A stretch of DNA of 64,000 nt, taken from an uncultured Bacteroidota bacterium (GTDB taxonomy: Bacteria > Bacteroidota > Bacteroidia > Cytophagales > Amoebophilaceae). Of the stretch, positions 1 to 8,351 are shown in pieces. The notes under the pieces were generated by a model. That model ran no database searches and had not been told where the DNA came from. It saw only the letters and a list, made by a program, of their open reading frames with translations. The stretch is from the NCBI GenBank assembly GCA_942492555.1, contig CALOEX010000004.1:11875-75874 (forward strand), in the 5' to 3' direction. Position 1 is the first letter of the stretch, and each line of letters opens with the position of its first letter. A program made the translations under genes and the position numbers.

Positions 1-734
1 GGATATTTTCTTTGTTTGTCATATACCATCCCGAGATTATGGAGGGTATCAGCATAGGAAGCATGTTCTTTGCCAACTGTTGTTGCATAAATGTCTCGGG
101 CCTTTTCGTATTGGGTGATAGCTTCCTGATATTTGCTCTGCTTATGATATATTGTCCCCATGTTTTGATGCGTTTGTGCAGTAATTTTTTTTGCTTTTTC
201 TTCTGTTAGAACTAAGACTTTTTTGTAATAGTCAAAGGCAAGGGAGTCATTTTCCAAAAGGGCAAAAATATTACCCAGACTGTGTAGTTTGGCACTTTTT
301 GTTTCAAGGTGGTCAGCTTGATGTTGCTCACAGATTATGTGGTTTTCCATGGCATTTCTATGCAAACATTTTGCTTGGGGAAGTGCATGACAGATTTGTA
401 AAGCATGCAAAAAGATGGGGACCATTATATCATGCGGATGCTTTTTTGTATACTGGCCAATGAGCTTATCAATCTCGTTCTTGTTGTTTTTATTTTTCGC
501 TGGAGGAATGTTGAGGGTTTTTTGTAGTATACCGGCTATTTGATTAAGTGCTTTTTTGGATTCTGGATTGTCATAATTTCTTTTTTGGGTACGTAAAACG
601 TCAATGTTTTGCAAAAGAACATCCGTATCGTTTTTACGTTGCCAGAAGACAATAGCACCACCTATAATGAGACTCAAGACGAGCAATATCATCGAGTATT
701 TTACATATTTTCTTTTTTTGTTGAGTTTGTTCAT
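1..734 (-). CDS. TPR-repeat protein with N-terminal membrane anchor (partial; C-terminus lies beyond window start)
   Basis: Absent from the ORF track because no stop lies in the window. Hand translation of the minus strand from the ATG (complement of 732-734) gives MNKLNKKRKYVKYSMILLVLSLIIGGAIVFWQRKN... It stays open to position 1, ending ...NMGTIYHKQSKYQEAITQYEKARDIYATTVGKEHASYADTLHNLGMVYDKQRKY, which reads as tandem TPR_12-like units. Confidence 0.8.
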   Translation of the reverse strand, partial: MNKLNKKRKYVKYSMILLVLSLIIGGAIVFWQRKNDTDVLLQNIDVLRTQKRNYDNPESKKALNQIAGILQKTLNIPPAKNKNNKNEIDKLIGQYTKKHPHDIMVPIFLHALQICHALPQAKCLHRNAMENHIICEQHQADHLETKSAKLHSLGNIFALLENDSLAFDYYKKVLVLTEEKAKKITAQTHQNMGTIYHKQSKYQEAITQYEKARDIYATTVGKEHASYADTLHNLGMVYDKQRKY

Positions 735-854
735 GATGTTTCAAATTAATTGGGCATACGCAAAGATCCAGCATTTAAACTGCATTCGGTCATGTAGGTT
801 ACCTAAATGCACTCTTTTTCGTTTAAAATTTAGATATTAAAGTTATTTTTTTTA

Positions 855-1200
855 AATGTATTTTGCTCCTATTGATTTTTGTCCATAAATAAAAGGAAAA
901 ACATAACAAATATAATGGTGTTGTTACAAAAAACACAAACTTGTCTACACCTCCTTCAAAATCCATGTGGTACAAACATGGTACACCACCGCATGAAATT
1001 AGCTATGAGATGTGTACAGAAAAAGATAAAAAGCACTTCGCAGAAGGACTGTTTAAAATGTACCAGTGTAATTATCCTTACCAAAAAGAAAAAAATAAAA
1101 AACCAATAGAATAATGACACATATAAAAAAAATAGGTATAGGCTATGCTTCATCATGCACAGTGTTGCTACGCCATTGTACACTCATCTAGATGCGCAAC
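855..1200 (+). pseudogene. Decayed paralog of the GTPase gene (1756-3855) fused to the first codons of a paralog of 3855-4544
   Basis: Nucleotide similarity to 1706-2093 and 3829-3950. The GTPase frame reads TKNTNLSTPPSKSMWYKHGTPPHEISYEMCTEKDKKHFAEGLFKMYQCNYPYQKEKNKKPIE-stop. About 1.7 kb is deleted internally and a second ~130-nt deletion shifts the N-terminus out of frame. The downstream copy MTHIKKIGIG is frameshifted and stops at about 1190. Confidence 0.75.
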
Positions 1201-1599
1201 GAAAAAAAAGAAAAAAAAAAATGATTGGAAATGTACAAGTGCCAGCCTGAAACTTTTTTACATTTACTCAAAGCAAGAGATTAGGTAGATGATGAACCTT
1301 GTCTCAAATACTCGTTCCATTACAGATTTGACATACCAAAAATGACACACGAAAAAGTGCATCATGCATAGTGAATGAAAATAAATAGTAACAGATCGGT
1401 ACAAAAGAGGCATACACTTTTGTCAACTTGTGTATTTACTTATAGGATTATCAAATTTCATTGGGCATATAAGTTAAAAAGTGGCATAGGGTTCCGGCCG
1501 CAACAGAGCAAGGTCACTTTAAATATCCCATATTTTTTACAAGGCCTTCTTTTTCCCACATTTTGCACACCTTGATTTTCGTTTCTATTTTTTTTGTAG

Positions 1600-1672
1600 A
1601 AGCGTGGTCTTTACCAAGGATTTTTTCCTTGTTTTCCCATGTTTCATTTTTTGTTGAGTTTGTTCACGACGT
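1600..1672 (-). pseudogene. Remnant of a TPR-gene 5' end (paralog of the start of 1-734)
   Basis: ttgttgagtttgttcacgacgtttcaaat at 1650-1680 matches ttgttgagtttgttcatgatgtttcaaat at 716-745. The start codon is changed to GTG and the reading GTG AAC AAA CTC AAC AAA AAA TGA stops after 7 codons. Confidence 0.4.
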
Positions 1673-1755
1673 TTCAAATAAAATTTAGTTATTAAAGCTA
1701 TTTATTTTTAAAAAAATGTATATTGCTTCTTAATTCGTTTCTTATGTTACAAGAT

Positions 1756-3855
1756 ATGCCAATAAATAAAAGAAAAAGTATAACAAATACAATATGTAAA
1801 TATGTATCATTGGGTTTATGCTTATTGTACACGCCTATACATGCATCAAAATGCACAAAAATCATACCTTTCAGGTATCAATATCTCAACACGGTACTTA
1901 GCCAGAGAAATTGTAGCAACATCCTACAAACAAAAAACACAGACTTGTCTGCATCTGCTCCAAAATCTATGTGGTACAAACATGGTACACTACCAGATGG
2001 AGTTAACTATGACAAATGTACAGAAGAAAAGAAAAAGCACTTCGCAGCACGACTGTTTAAAATGTATCAGTGTAATTATCCTTACCAAAAAGGAAAAAAT
2101 ACATTTTTTGTATTTGGTGCTGTGGGAACAGGAAAAAGTACTTTTATCAACGGTATGTTAAACTTTCCCCTTAACCGCAATAAAGATGGCGAAATTGAAG
2201 TAATAAAAAATTCATTGGAAGAAAATCCCCTTATAGGGCATGGTAGCAAACCTACTACGTATGGTAGCAAACTATTTTATAACCCGAAAATGGGTTATAT
2301 ATGTGATACTGAAGGATATGGAGGCAAAAGGAAAATAATAAATGAAGCAGAAATCTATGTAGATTGGTATTCGCCTTTTTTTTCTTTAAAAGTGAATAAG
2401 ATCAAAGGAGTCATTTTTCTTATGGATTATCATTTGATAGGCAATACCAAAAACCTAGATGGTGCACTCGAGGCTTTAGATGCTTTGTTGGTCCATTTTG
2501 GCACTGTAGACTTGGCACAATTGAAAAATGCTTTTTTGTTAGGAGTCACCAAAATCGATGATACCGACCCTGGAACTGTAGAAGCAAAACTTCTCAAACT
2601 GATACAAGCAGTATATGAAATTTGGGTAGAAGATCCTGCTGATATGGGCCACCAAAAAAAGAAATATTTTTTTTCTCTTTTTTTGGAAAAAGAAGTTGAT
2701 GATAAAAACATTGAAAATAAAAATAGTTATAAACTAAGAAAAGGAAGTATAGCCTTTATTAAACCCTTTAAAAAAAATGACATTCCCGGCGATAGTAGTT
2801 ATCAATACGATGTCAGCAACAGACTTGAACTCGAATCACTGATCAACCAGCTCAGCCCTATTGACCCAAAATATCTTTACACCCCAGAACCAGGAGAACT
2901 AAAAAAAGTAGTGGTATTCATTGCGCAAAATCTGTATACAGATTTGTGCATGTATAACACCGATGTAGAAACATTGCAACAACATAGCACCATATTAGCA
3001 GGTACATCATTAGAGGCATCATTGGCATCTTTTATTGAAAACAAACAGCAAAAAAGCGAAGTATTAGCAAAAACCATTCAAACCCTAGAAAATGATGATA
3101 CCCTTACGAATGTTTTTGCACACGAGTTTAAGCGATATAACCCCTATACAAAACAAGATGTTAAAAATGAGGCCGAAGATGTTTATAAAAGATTTGTAGG
3201 GGAAACGTTACTCAGTAAAATAGGTGCCCATATAGCATCAGCGAGTATCCATGTTGTTCGCAACTTTCAATTGTATAAGTATGGATGTATGTTAGAGTAC
3301 TTTCGATGCAACAAAACAATAATAGACCGCATTGAGCTCATAGCAGATTGTGGTGAGTTTTTCTACAACAACAAAGAAGCACTAGAACAATATTACTATA
3401 TCCTCAAAAAAAAGCCTAACCATTTGGTAGCTGTGCTAAAAAAAGACAGTCCTTACTATAGTTTCCCAGAAGAATTTGAAGTAACATATGTTTCAGGTTC
3501 TGTCAAAACATGCGATGTATCGGTTACTGTGCAAACAAAAAAACACAAGCTCAAAGCAACAGAAAAACATATTTCCTCTCTGATGTATGAATTGGAAGAA
3601 ACGAAAAAATCAATCAAAAATGCCATCTTTTCCAAAGAAAAATCAGAAAAACTAGTTGAAGAACTAACAAAAAAACTACCTAACTGGGAAAAAAAGTTCA
3701 AAGACATACAACTTGAGGACAAAATTTCCTTTTTAAAATGTTGGCAAACCCATTTTTTAGCAAATAGTGCTGAAGAAATAATCATTAAAAATGCGCTTGA
3801 TAGCTATGAACAGTGGCAAAAGCACCAAGAAAAAAATAAAAAACCAATAGAATAA
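1756..3855 (+). CDS. Large P-loop GTPase (TRAFAC class; dynamin/IRG/septin-like motifs) with long C-terminal alpha-helical region
   Basis: 710-aa ORF. G1 is GAVGTGKSTFINGML, G3 is DTEGYGG and G4 is TKIDD. The C-terminal ~380 aa are K/E-rich and coiled-coil-like. The start was chosen at MPINKRKS by analogy with the paralog remnant; alternatives are ATG 1744 and TTG 1723. Confidence 0.8.
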   Translation: MPINKRKSITNTICKYVSLGLCLLYTPIHASKCTKIIPFRYQYLNTVLSQRNCSNILQTKNTDLSASAPKSMWYKHGTLPDGVNYDKCTEEKKKHFAARLFKMYQCNYPYQKGKNTFFVFGAVGTGKSTFINGMLNFPLNRNKDGEIEVIKNSLEENPLIGHGSKPTTYGSKLFYNPKMGYICDTEGYGGKRKIINEAEIYVDWYSPFFSLKVNKIKGVIFLMDYHLIGNTKNLDGALEALDALLVHFGTVDLAQLKNAFLLGVTKIDDTDPGTVEAKLLKLIQAVYEIWVEDPADMGHQKKKYFFSLFLEKEVDDKNIENKNSYKLRKGSIAFIKPFKKNDIPGDSSYQYDVSNRLELESLINQLSPIDPKYLYTPEPGELKKVVVFIAQNLYTDLCMYNTDVETLQQHSTILAGTSLEASLASFIENKQQKSEVLAKTIQTLENDDTLTNVFAHEFKRYNPYTKQDVKNEAEDVYKRFVGETLLSKIGAHIASASIHVVRNFQLYKYGCMLEYFRCNKTIIDRIELIADCGEFFYNNKEALEQYYYILKKKPNHLVAVLKKDSPYYSFPEEFEVTYVSGSVKTCDVSVTVQTKKHKLKATEKHISSLMYELEETKKSIKNAIFSKEKSEKLVEELTKKLPNWEKKFKDIQLEDKISFLKCWQTHFLANSAEEIIIKNALDSYEQWQKHQEKNKKPIE

Positions 3856-4544
3856 TGACACATATAAAAAAAATAGGTATAGGCATACTATGCTTCATCA
3901 TGCACAGTGTTGCTACCCCATTGTACGCTAATCTATCAGATGCGCAAATAAGGGCAAGAATGCAAGAAATAGAAAGTATGGCAATTCGTTTTGAGCCTTA
4001 TGAGGCTGAAAGTCACAAGTTCGGTCTGAGTAATAAAAGTCTAAAGACATCCGGTAGGGAGATAAGGGAAAAAATAATTTTTTATAACAAAGAGCTGAAG
4101 GAGATAGGAATTTGGATGAAAGAAATAGAGGATATTCTAAATAAGCTTGGTAATACGCCTGATAAACAAACATTGCGAAAGGAGGTACTTAAGGTTAAGG
4201 ATGATCTCTTTGGCAAAGAATGGGATGTAGAAAATTTAATAGAAAATTTAAACTGGCGCAAAGAGGCACGAACATTGAAGAATAGGTGTAAAAAAGTACA
4301 TGATCAATGCATGCGCTATCTAACAAAAAAGCTTTCTGTTCCTGAAAATGATCCGAATTTTGCACTAAGATTGTTGCAAATGAAAATGAAAGTACATGGA
4401 GGATTAGGACTAGGATTAGGATTAGGACTAGGTGCTATGGGTTATATACTATTCAAAAAATATACAAAAGCATCTGAGTTGCAAAAAATCGAGGACGATC
4501 AAGTATCTGATAAAAAAAAAACTCTTCTAGAAGATTCGGAATAG
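3855..4544 (+). CDS. Signal-peptide / coiled-coil / C-terminal TM-anchored protein, translationally coupled to the GTPase
   Basis: The ATG overlaps the GTPase stop (TAATG at 3853-3857). The N-terminus MTHIKKIGIGILCFIMHSVATPLYA looks like a signal peptide. The C-terminus GGLGLGLGLGLGAMGYILFKKY looks like a TM anchor. Confidence 0.7.
   Translation: MTHIKKIGIGILCFIMHSVATPLYANLSDAQIRARMQEIESMAIRFEPYEAESHKFGLSNKSLKTSGREIREKIIFYNKELKEIGIWMKEIEDILNKLGNTPDKQTLRKEVLKVKDDLFGKEWDVENLIENLNWRKEARTLKNRCKKVHDQCMRYLTKKLSVPENDPNFALRLLQMKMKVHGGLGLGLGLGLGAMGYILFKKYTKASELQKIEDDQVSDKKKTLLEDSE
4401..4433. repeat. Hexanucleotide (GGAYTA)n repeat encoding (GL)5 within the TM anchor of 3855-4544
   Basis: ggattaggactaggattaggattaggactaggt read directly from the sequence. 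Confidence 0.9.
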
Positions 4545-4692
4545 GTGTGTCTTTGTTGATATTCTTATTACTCTTGCTGGGGTTGTTCATGATATTCAAG
4601 ATGAAAAATCGAAAAAAATAAAGTGTAATAAAAAACTTTTTACAGAATAAAGTCCACATAAGATGCCATGGTAATCTCATGCCTAGTTGAAA

Positions 4693-7062
4693 ATGATTGA
4701 AGATTTGGGTATTAGCGTTGTTTTCGGTAGTGTGATTCTTTACAGAAGTAAAGTGAGATTTACTGATGTCATCAATAATACTATTCTCATTGTATCTAGT
4801 ATTTCTGTTCCATTTCTAATGGGATTGTTAGGTTTGAAACCATCTAAAAAAGCATTTAAAACTAGTATATTGATTTTTTGGATTGTATTGTTGACGCTTT
4901 TTGTTTGTTATGTGTTTAATATTGCTCTTGCTAAAGATATTATCACATTCGTTAGAAGACATTTCTTTAAGGGAGAAGGATTAAAAAAAAGCTATTTTTA
5001 TCCATTGCGAGGTGCTTGGTTCATTGCCATTATCCTCCATGCCCTTACCTTTTTTGCCGTGCACTGGTGGGAAAACAAAGGATTTGTATGGGTGGACCAT
5101 GAAAGTGATGTATGGAAAGAATCAAAGCCCCACACAATTACAAGCTATTTCCAATGGTTTTTTCATCCTATCCGCTGGTGTATGCAAAAAGAAAACACCT
5201 ATGGCATTCGCCATTTTGCCACAGGTATTTTTACCTTAGGGTATTTTTGTCTTCCTTTTGTCTTAGAAGGCGTTGGTTCTTTTACACAGTTTGTAACGAT
5301 GTTACGTATGACACCTGTAGTACTTTCATTTGCCATTATGATCCGCGAACATTGGAAAAAAGAGTGGGAACACTACTTTAGTGGTTACTACTATCTCTTT
5401 ATGGGGTATGCCTGGTCCTTTGTCAGCGTGTTGAGTGTATTGCTTGTGCCACAAGGAAACGCTACATTGTGGCATTTGTCTATTGGTGTCCTCTTTTTAG
5501 GCATGATGGTAGACTGGCGTTCCTTTGTGGTGTTAGAACTGGTGGGTACAGTGGTTGCCTTGGTTGTACACTGGGTGATGACAGGGTTGTTATTGCCTAA
5601 TTTTGGCCATAATGGAGGGCTTCCTTTGCTGGTGAGCATGCTCTTACCTTGTATTGGTTTAACAGTATTCAATCGCTATAAAGACCAAATGCTAAAAAAT
5701 ACCCAACACCAACTCCATAAGATGATAGAAGCAAAAAATACGATGCTGATGACTTATGAATCTAGCCATGACCAAGTGTATAAAACATTGCATAAACATA
5801 GTAGTATGATGAGTGCTTTGCATGGGGTAATGTCTAGATTACAGTCTTCTCACGCAAAAGATGCTAAAATCATAGAAAGAGCTATGGATCACTTTTTTAA
5901 CATAGCACAACGCTCTAAGGAATTTTTGCGCCTTAATATCACAAGAAAGTCCATACATGAAATGTTGGATCATGCACGTACAAGTTTGTTGCGCCAAAAA
6001 ATAGAAGTGGATCGCATTGCTTTGCATATACATCCTGAGGTAGAAAGTATTGTGTGCGATGCTACACATATGGTAAATCTTTTGGTGAATGCAGTGTTGT
6101 GTATGCATGATATGGATGTTGCAGATGAAGGCAATATAGATTTGTGGATTGATCCTACAACGTTGTATTATGAGATGGAACCACCCTATGAAGGTAAGAC
6201 CATCCCAGCAATCCGCATTTTGTGTACTACAAACAAACAATATGTGCCAACTGTTGCGATAGATCCCTATACACCCTATGCAGGAGAAAACACTTGTTCC
6301 TTGTTGCATCACATGGGCATGGTAGAAAATAAACGCATTATAGGATCACACTATGGTTATATGAATATCGAGCGTACAGGTAAGCAAATTACACAAACCT
6401 ATGTAGTCCCTAGAGATTTAAAAGCAGTTCGTCCTACCATTGAAGATTTTGCCATTGAGGATCTAGAAGGTACTACCCCCCTGATAACACGAGAAGACCA
6501 AGCATTCTTAAAGGTTATTGCAGCAAAAAATATGGATGTAGATCGGGTTTCTTTGGCCTTGAGAGCATGTAAATACTGTCATGCAACCCAATATAGAAAA
6601 TCAGGAGAGCCTTATTATTTGCATCCAATGGAAGTAGCGAAGATTTTACTGGATTATACAGATGATGAAGAAGTGATCATCGCTGCGCTACTCCATGATA
6701 CAGTAGAAGATAGTCCTTATGCCTCTGGGCAAATCGCAGTAATTTTTGGGGAGAGGGTAGCAGGTATTGTCATGCGCGTATCCCATTTATACAACAAAAA
6801 AGAACGCCCTAAAATCAAAATGGAAAAAAGTGATACACTGGAGCGCCTTTTTGCTTCAGATCATAGAGAGTCATTACTAGTTAAAGTTGCTGACAGATTA
6901 CATAACATGCGTACACTCAAAGCTAAAGAAAGCGAGAAACAACATCGTATAGCAACGGAAACAATGCATTTTTTTGTGCCTCTTGCACGTCACTTAGGCT
7001 TACAAGAAATAGCGGAGGAACTTTTGGGGTTAAGTAAGCAAATTTTGGCATTGAAGCAGTAG
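4693..7062 (+). CDS. Multi-pass membrane protein fused to a degenerate histidine-kinase-like region and a C-terminal RelA/SpoT-type HD (ppGpp hydrolase-like) domain
   Basis: The N-terminal ~330 aa have many hydrophobic segments. The middle has an N-box-like CDATHMVNLLVNAVLCMHD and ...IIGSHYGYMNIERTGKQITQTYVVP. The C-terminus reads YRKSGEPYYLHPMEVAKILLD...AALLHDTVEDS...LLVKVADRLHNMRTL, the HD_4 signature. No synthetase domain is present. TTG 4687 is an alternative start. Confidence 0.85.
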   Translation: MIEDLGISVVFGSVILYRSKVRFTDVINNTILIVSSISVPFLMGLLGLKPSKKAFKTSILIFWIVLLTLFVCYVFNIALAKDIITFVRRHFFKGEGLKKSYFYPLRGAWFIAIILHALTFFAVHWWENKGFVWVDHESDVWKESKPHTITSYFQWFFHPIRWCMQKENTYGIRHFATGIFTLGYFCLPFVLEGVGSFTQFVTMLRMTPVVLSFAIMIREHWKKEWEHYFSGYYYLFMGYAWSFVSVLSVLLVPQGNATLWHLSIGVLFLGMMVDWRSFVVLELVGTVVALVVHWVMTGLLLPNFGHNGGLPLLVSMLLPCIGLTVFNRYKDQMLKNTQHQLHKMIEAKNTMLMTYESSHDQVYKTLHKHSSMMSALHGVMSRLQSSHAKDAKIIERAMDHFFNIAQRSKEFLRLNITRKSIHEMLDHARTSLLRQKIEVDRIALHIHPEVESIVCDATHMVNLLVNAVLCMHDMDVADEGNIDLWIDPTTLYYEMEPPYEGKTIPAIRILCTTNKQYVPTVAIDPYTPYAGENTCSLLHHMGMVENKRIIGSHYGYMNIERTGKQITQTYVVPRDLKAVRPTIEDFAIEDLEGTTPLITREDQAFLKVIAAKNMDVDRVSLALRACKYCHATQYRKSGEPYYLHPMEVAKILLDYTDDEEVIIAALLHDTVEDSPYASGQIAVIFGERVAGIVMRVSHLYNKKERPKIKMEKSDTLERLFASDHRESLLVKVADRLHNMRTLKAKESEKQHRIATETMHFFVPLARHLGLQEIAEELLGLSKQILALKQ

Positions 7063-7453
7063 CCCTTAACGAAAAAATGAAGCATTACCATGGCCTCAAA
7101 CTTCATCAACACAATCTATAAGAAAAATAAACGTTTTTATTTTCTTTTTTTCTTGCTATTATCTGTTTTTGCCCAGCAAACATCGGCAACCTCAATAACA
7201 AAAAGGGAAACGTCATCTTTTTGTGTAAAACGAGGGCAATACCCAACATTGTTTACTGGGTATTTTTGCCAGGTATTTTCCCCATACATTGCTACCTTCT
7301 ACAGGATTGACTTCTAGTAGCAACAACTCTCTGGTATTATCGTCTTTTACACACAATATATGACTTTTGCCAAACCTTGATAAAACCGTACATCCCATGT
7401 GCAAAAAGCGTCCATTACTGTGTAAGAATGATTGATTCTAGCAAGAAATTTTG

Positions 7454-7461
7454 TAACTTTG
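7454..7461 (+). promoter_or_regulatory. Candidate Bacteroidota -7 box (TAACTTTG = TAnnTTTG) upstream of 7498 CDS
   Basis: Matches the TAnnTTTG consensus 37 nt upstream of the ATG, with a TTG about 19 nt further upstream (7432-7434). Confidence 0.4.
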
Positions 7462-7497
7462 TTCGCAAAGTCATTTTTTATTTAAATTCTGTCTACT

Positions 7498-8310
7498 ATG
7501 TTAGAAAAAAAAGAAAGTATTTGGAAAAAAAGCCTGTGGGCAATGTGGGAGCAAAAAGAGTTGATAATAGTTGCTTTTTGTCTGATTTCTCCTTTCCTTT
7601 TACTTCTGAGCTACTTTTATGAGAGCTATGCACCTTTATTATTTTTTTCGCTTTCTTTCTGTCAGATTAAAATCACAAACTACTATAGCTACTATAGCTT
7701 AATTGCTTTTTGGTTGTTAACACCTGCTATTTTGTCCATGGTTTTTTCCTTAGTTACACTTTCTGTCAATCTTTATGTAGGCAAACACCAAATAACATTA
7801 GCAGATCAAATAAAAAAGTCTTGGTACGTTACTACTAGAGTTGTGGGAAGCCTATGGGCATGGTTCATGATAACATGGTTGTTCATTTTAATGGTAAAAC
7901 AGTTCGGAATTTTGTTTGATATTTCGCTTGTTTGGCAACAAATAGTAGATAAAATTGCTTTTTTCTTCTTGTATATAACAGTGGTTGAGCTTACACGCCA
8001 GTTTTCATTTGCTGTACACACCTATCTTTTTGGTAATGTTTCCTGGGAGACAGCACTTGCACAAAGTGCTAACATCACCAAGAAAAAAAAAGGGTATATA
8101 CGCATGTATGATATTTTTATTACATTTTTGTATCTTTTTGTACCTGGTTTAGTGTTGCTTTTTAGTAGTTTGGTAAAACTTCCCATCAATTATGTGCTTG
8201 CGAATGTCATGACCAAAATGGGTGTTTTGTTTTTTATGCATATTGCATTTGCTTTAGCCACAATTATACGCTCGTTTCTTTTTATAAAAATTAGCAAGAA
8301 AAACAGATAA
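7498..8310 (+). CDS. Hypothetical multi-pass membrane protein
   Basis: 270-aa ORF with repeated hydrophobic segments. No motif recognised. Confidence 0.6.
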   Translation: MLEKKESIWKKSLWAMWEQKELIIVAFCLISPFLLLLSYFYESYAPLLFFSLSFCQIKITNYYSYYSLIAFWLLTPAILSMVFSLVTLSVNLYVGKHQITLADQIKKSWYVTTRVVGSLWAWFMITWLFILMVKQFGILFDISLVWQQIVDKIAFFFLYITVVELTRQFSFAVHTYLFGNVSWETALAQSANITKKKKGYIRMYDIFITFLYLFVPGLVLLFSSLVKLPINYVLANVMTKMGVLFFMHIAFALATIIRSFLFIKISKKNR

Positions 8311-8351
8311 GCACACAAGCTTTCACCCTATAGACCCTGTTTCTATCCATT

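Noticed and set aside
12-840. Plus-strand ORFs 12-209, 191-463 and 604-840.
   Set aside because: They are shadow ORFs opposite the well-supported minus-strand TPR gene (1-734) and their peptides are Cys/Phe-rich nonsense.
879-2161. Alternative-frame ORFs 879-1109 and 1802-2161 encode similar peptides (KTQTCLHLLQN.CGTNMVH...), suggesting a conserved overlapping gene.
   Set aside because: The similarity follows automatically from the nucleotide-level duplication of the GTPase 5' region. The real frame is the one giving SMWYKHGT...; there is no independent support for the alternative frame.
7090-7404. Possible frameshifted small gene on the minus strand: MHMGCTVLSRFGKSHILCVKDDNTRELLLLEVNPVEGSNVWGKYLAKIPSKQCWVLPSFYTKR-stop, continuing in another frame as KDDVSLFVIEVADVCWAKTD.
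   Set aside because: No family could be recognised by eye. The frame join is conjectural and there is no start context. It needs a blastx check before being called a pseudogene.
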